A DNA stretch of 5,902 nt from an uncultured archaeon (lineage in GTDB: Archaea > Asgardarchaeota > Thorarchaeia > Thorarchaeales > Thorarchaeaceae), in the NCBI GenBank assembly GCA_964354495.1, contig CAYHAA010000043.1, forward strand, positions 1 through 5,902, written 5' to 3'. Below the pieces are notes generated by a model. It had not been told where the DNA came from, did not search any database, and saw nothing but the letters and a program-made list of their open reading frames with translations. The position numbers and the translations under genes are program-made. Numbering within the stretch: position 1 is the stretch's first letter; every line of letters begins with the position of its first letter. Below, piece after piece: positions 5,570 through 5,902 of this stretch.

Positions 5570-5902
5570 TCATCGAGACACTGTCCCTCCTAGGGCTCTG
5601 GTTTCTTTCTCCTGTATTTCTGGCGGAGTATCATTTCCGCAGACAGAGAGTCTTTCCACAGTTCTTTCCACGGCGGGGTCATTCTCACTCCTCTCGGGTT
5701 CGTCGCCGAAGTCGAGAAGGTCCGACTGGACAAAGTGATCAGCCGCGGACTCCCTGGAGTCTGATACGTGACTCCTCTTTTGGAGTAAGGACATCAGTTG
5801 TGGATTCTTCCCTGTGTTCACAGAGTCCACCCACTTTCCTCGTCCTCTCACAGAATGAAGTTATCCTGTGAGCGTGATAAGGCGTGCACCAATATTGATG
5901 GA
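5570..5902 (-). CDS. tnpB: 3' end of a second TnpB (begins beyond the right edge), with an in-frame TAA at 5863-5861
   Basis: SINIGARLITLTG*LHSVRGRGKWVDSV...SRESAADHFVQSDLLDF...GGTVSR* aligns with copy 1 (SINIAGRLITLTDSLHSMRGQGKW...SRESAASHHIQTDFLRF...GGIAFQ*), with mostly synonymous differences in conserved blocks. Whether the upstream catalytic core is intact cannot be seen in this window. Confidence 0.75.

Larger units (their letters stand above)
4775..5902 (-). mobile_element. Tandem remnants of two IS200/IS605-family (tnpB) elements next to tRNA-Tyr
   Basis: Two homologous tnpB 3' ends with right-end-like segments, at 4775-5365 and 5463->5902. No tnpA or left end is visible in the window. 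Confidence 0.75.

Overview
This looks like an archaeal window: it has a BHB-intron tRNA, a C1:G72 tRNA-Tyr, and TATA-like and GGTGA-like signals. An Asgard/Thorarchaeota-like origin is my unverified impression. From left to right it contains: (1) a probable partial membrane-protein ORF running off the left edge; (2) a decayed duplicate of the promoter and 5' end of the flaR-like gene; (3) a minus-strand pair encoding a secreted transglutaminase-like protein with an intact Cys-His-Asp triad and a membrane-anchored glycoprotein; (4) a FlaR-like P-loop kinase and a 2-TM protein; (5) a tRNA-Tyr(GTA) with TWO 30-nt BHB introns at 37/38 and 59/60; (6) two tandem, diverged minus-strand 3' ends of IS200/IS605-type tnpB genes, which the ORF track fragments. 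Each tnpB end has a long C-terminal tail and is followed by a colinear 107-nt non-coding segment with compensatory base-pair changes (omegaRNA/right-end-like) and then a different flanking, guide-like sequence.
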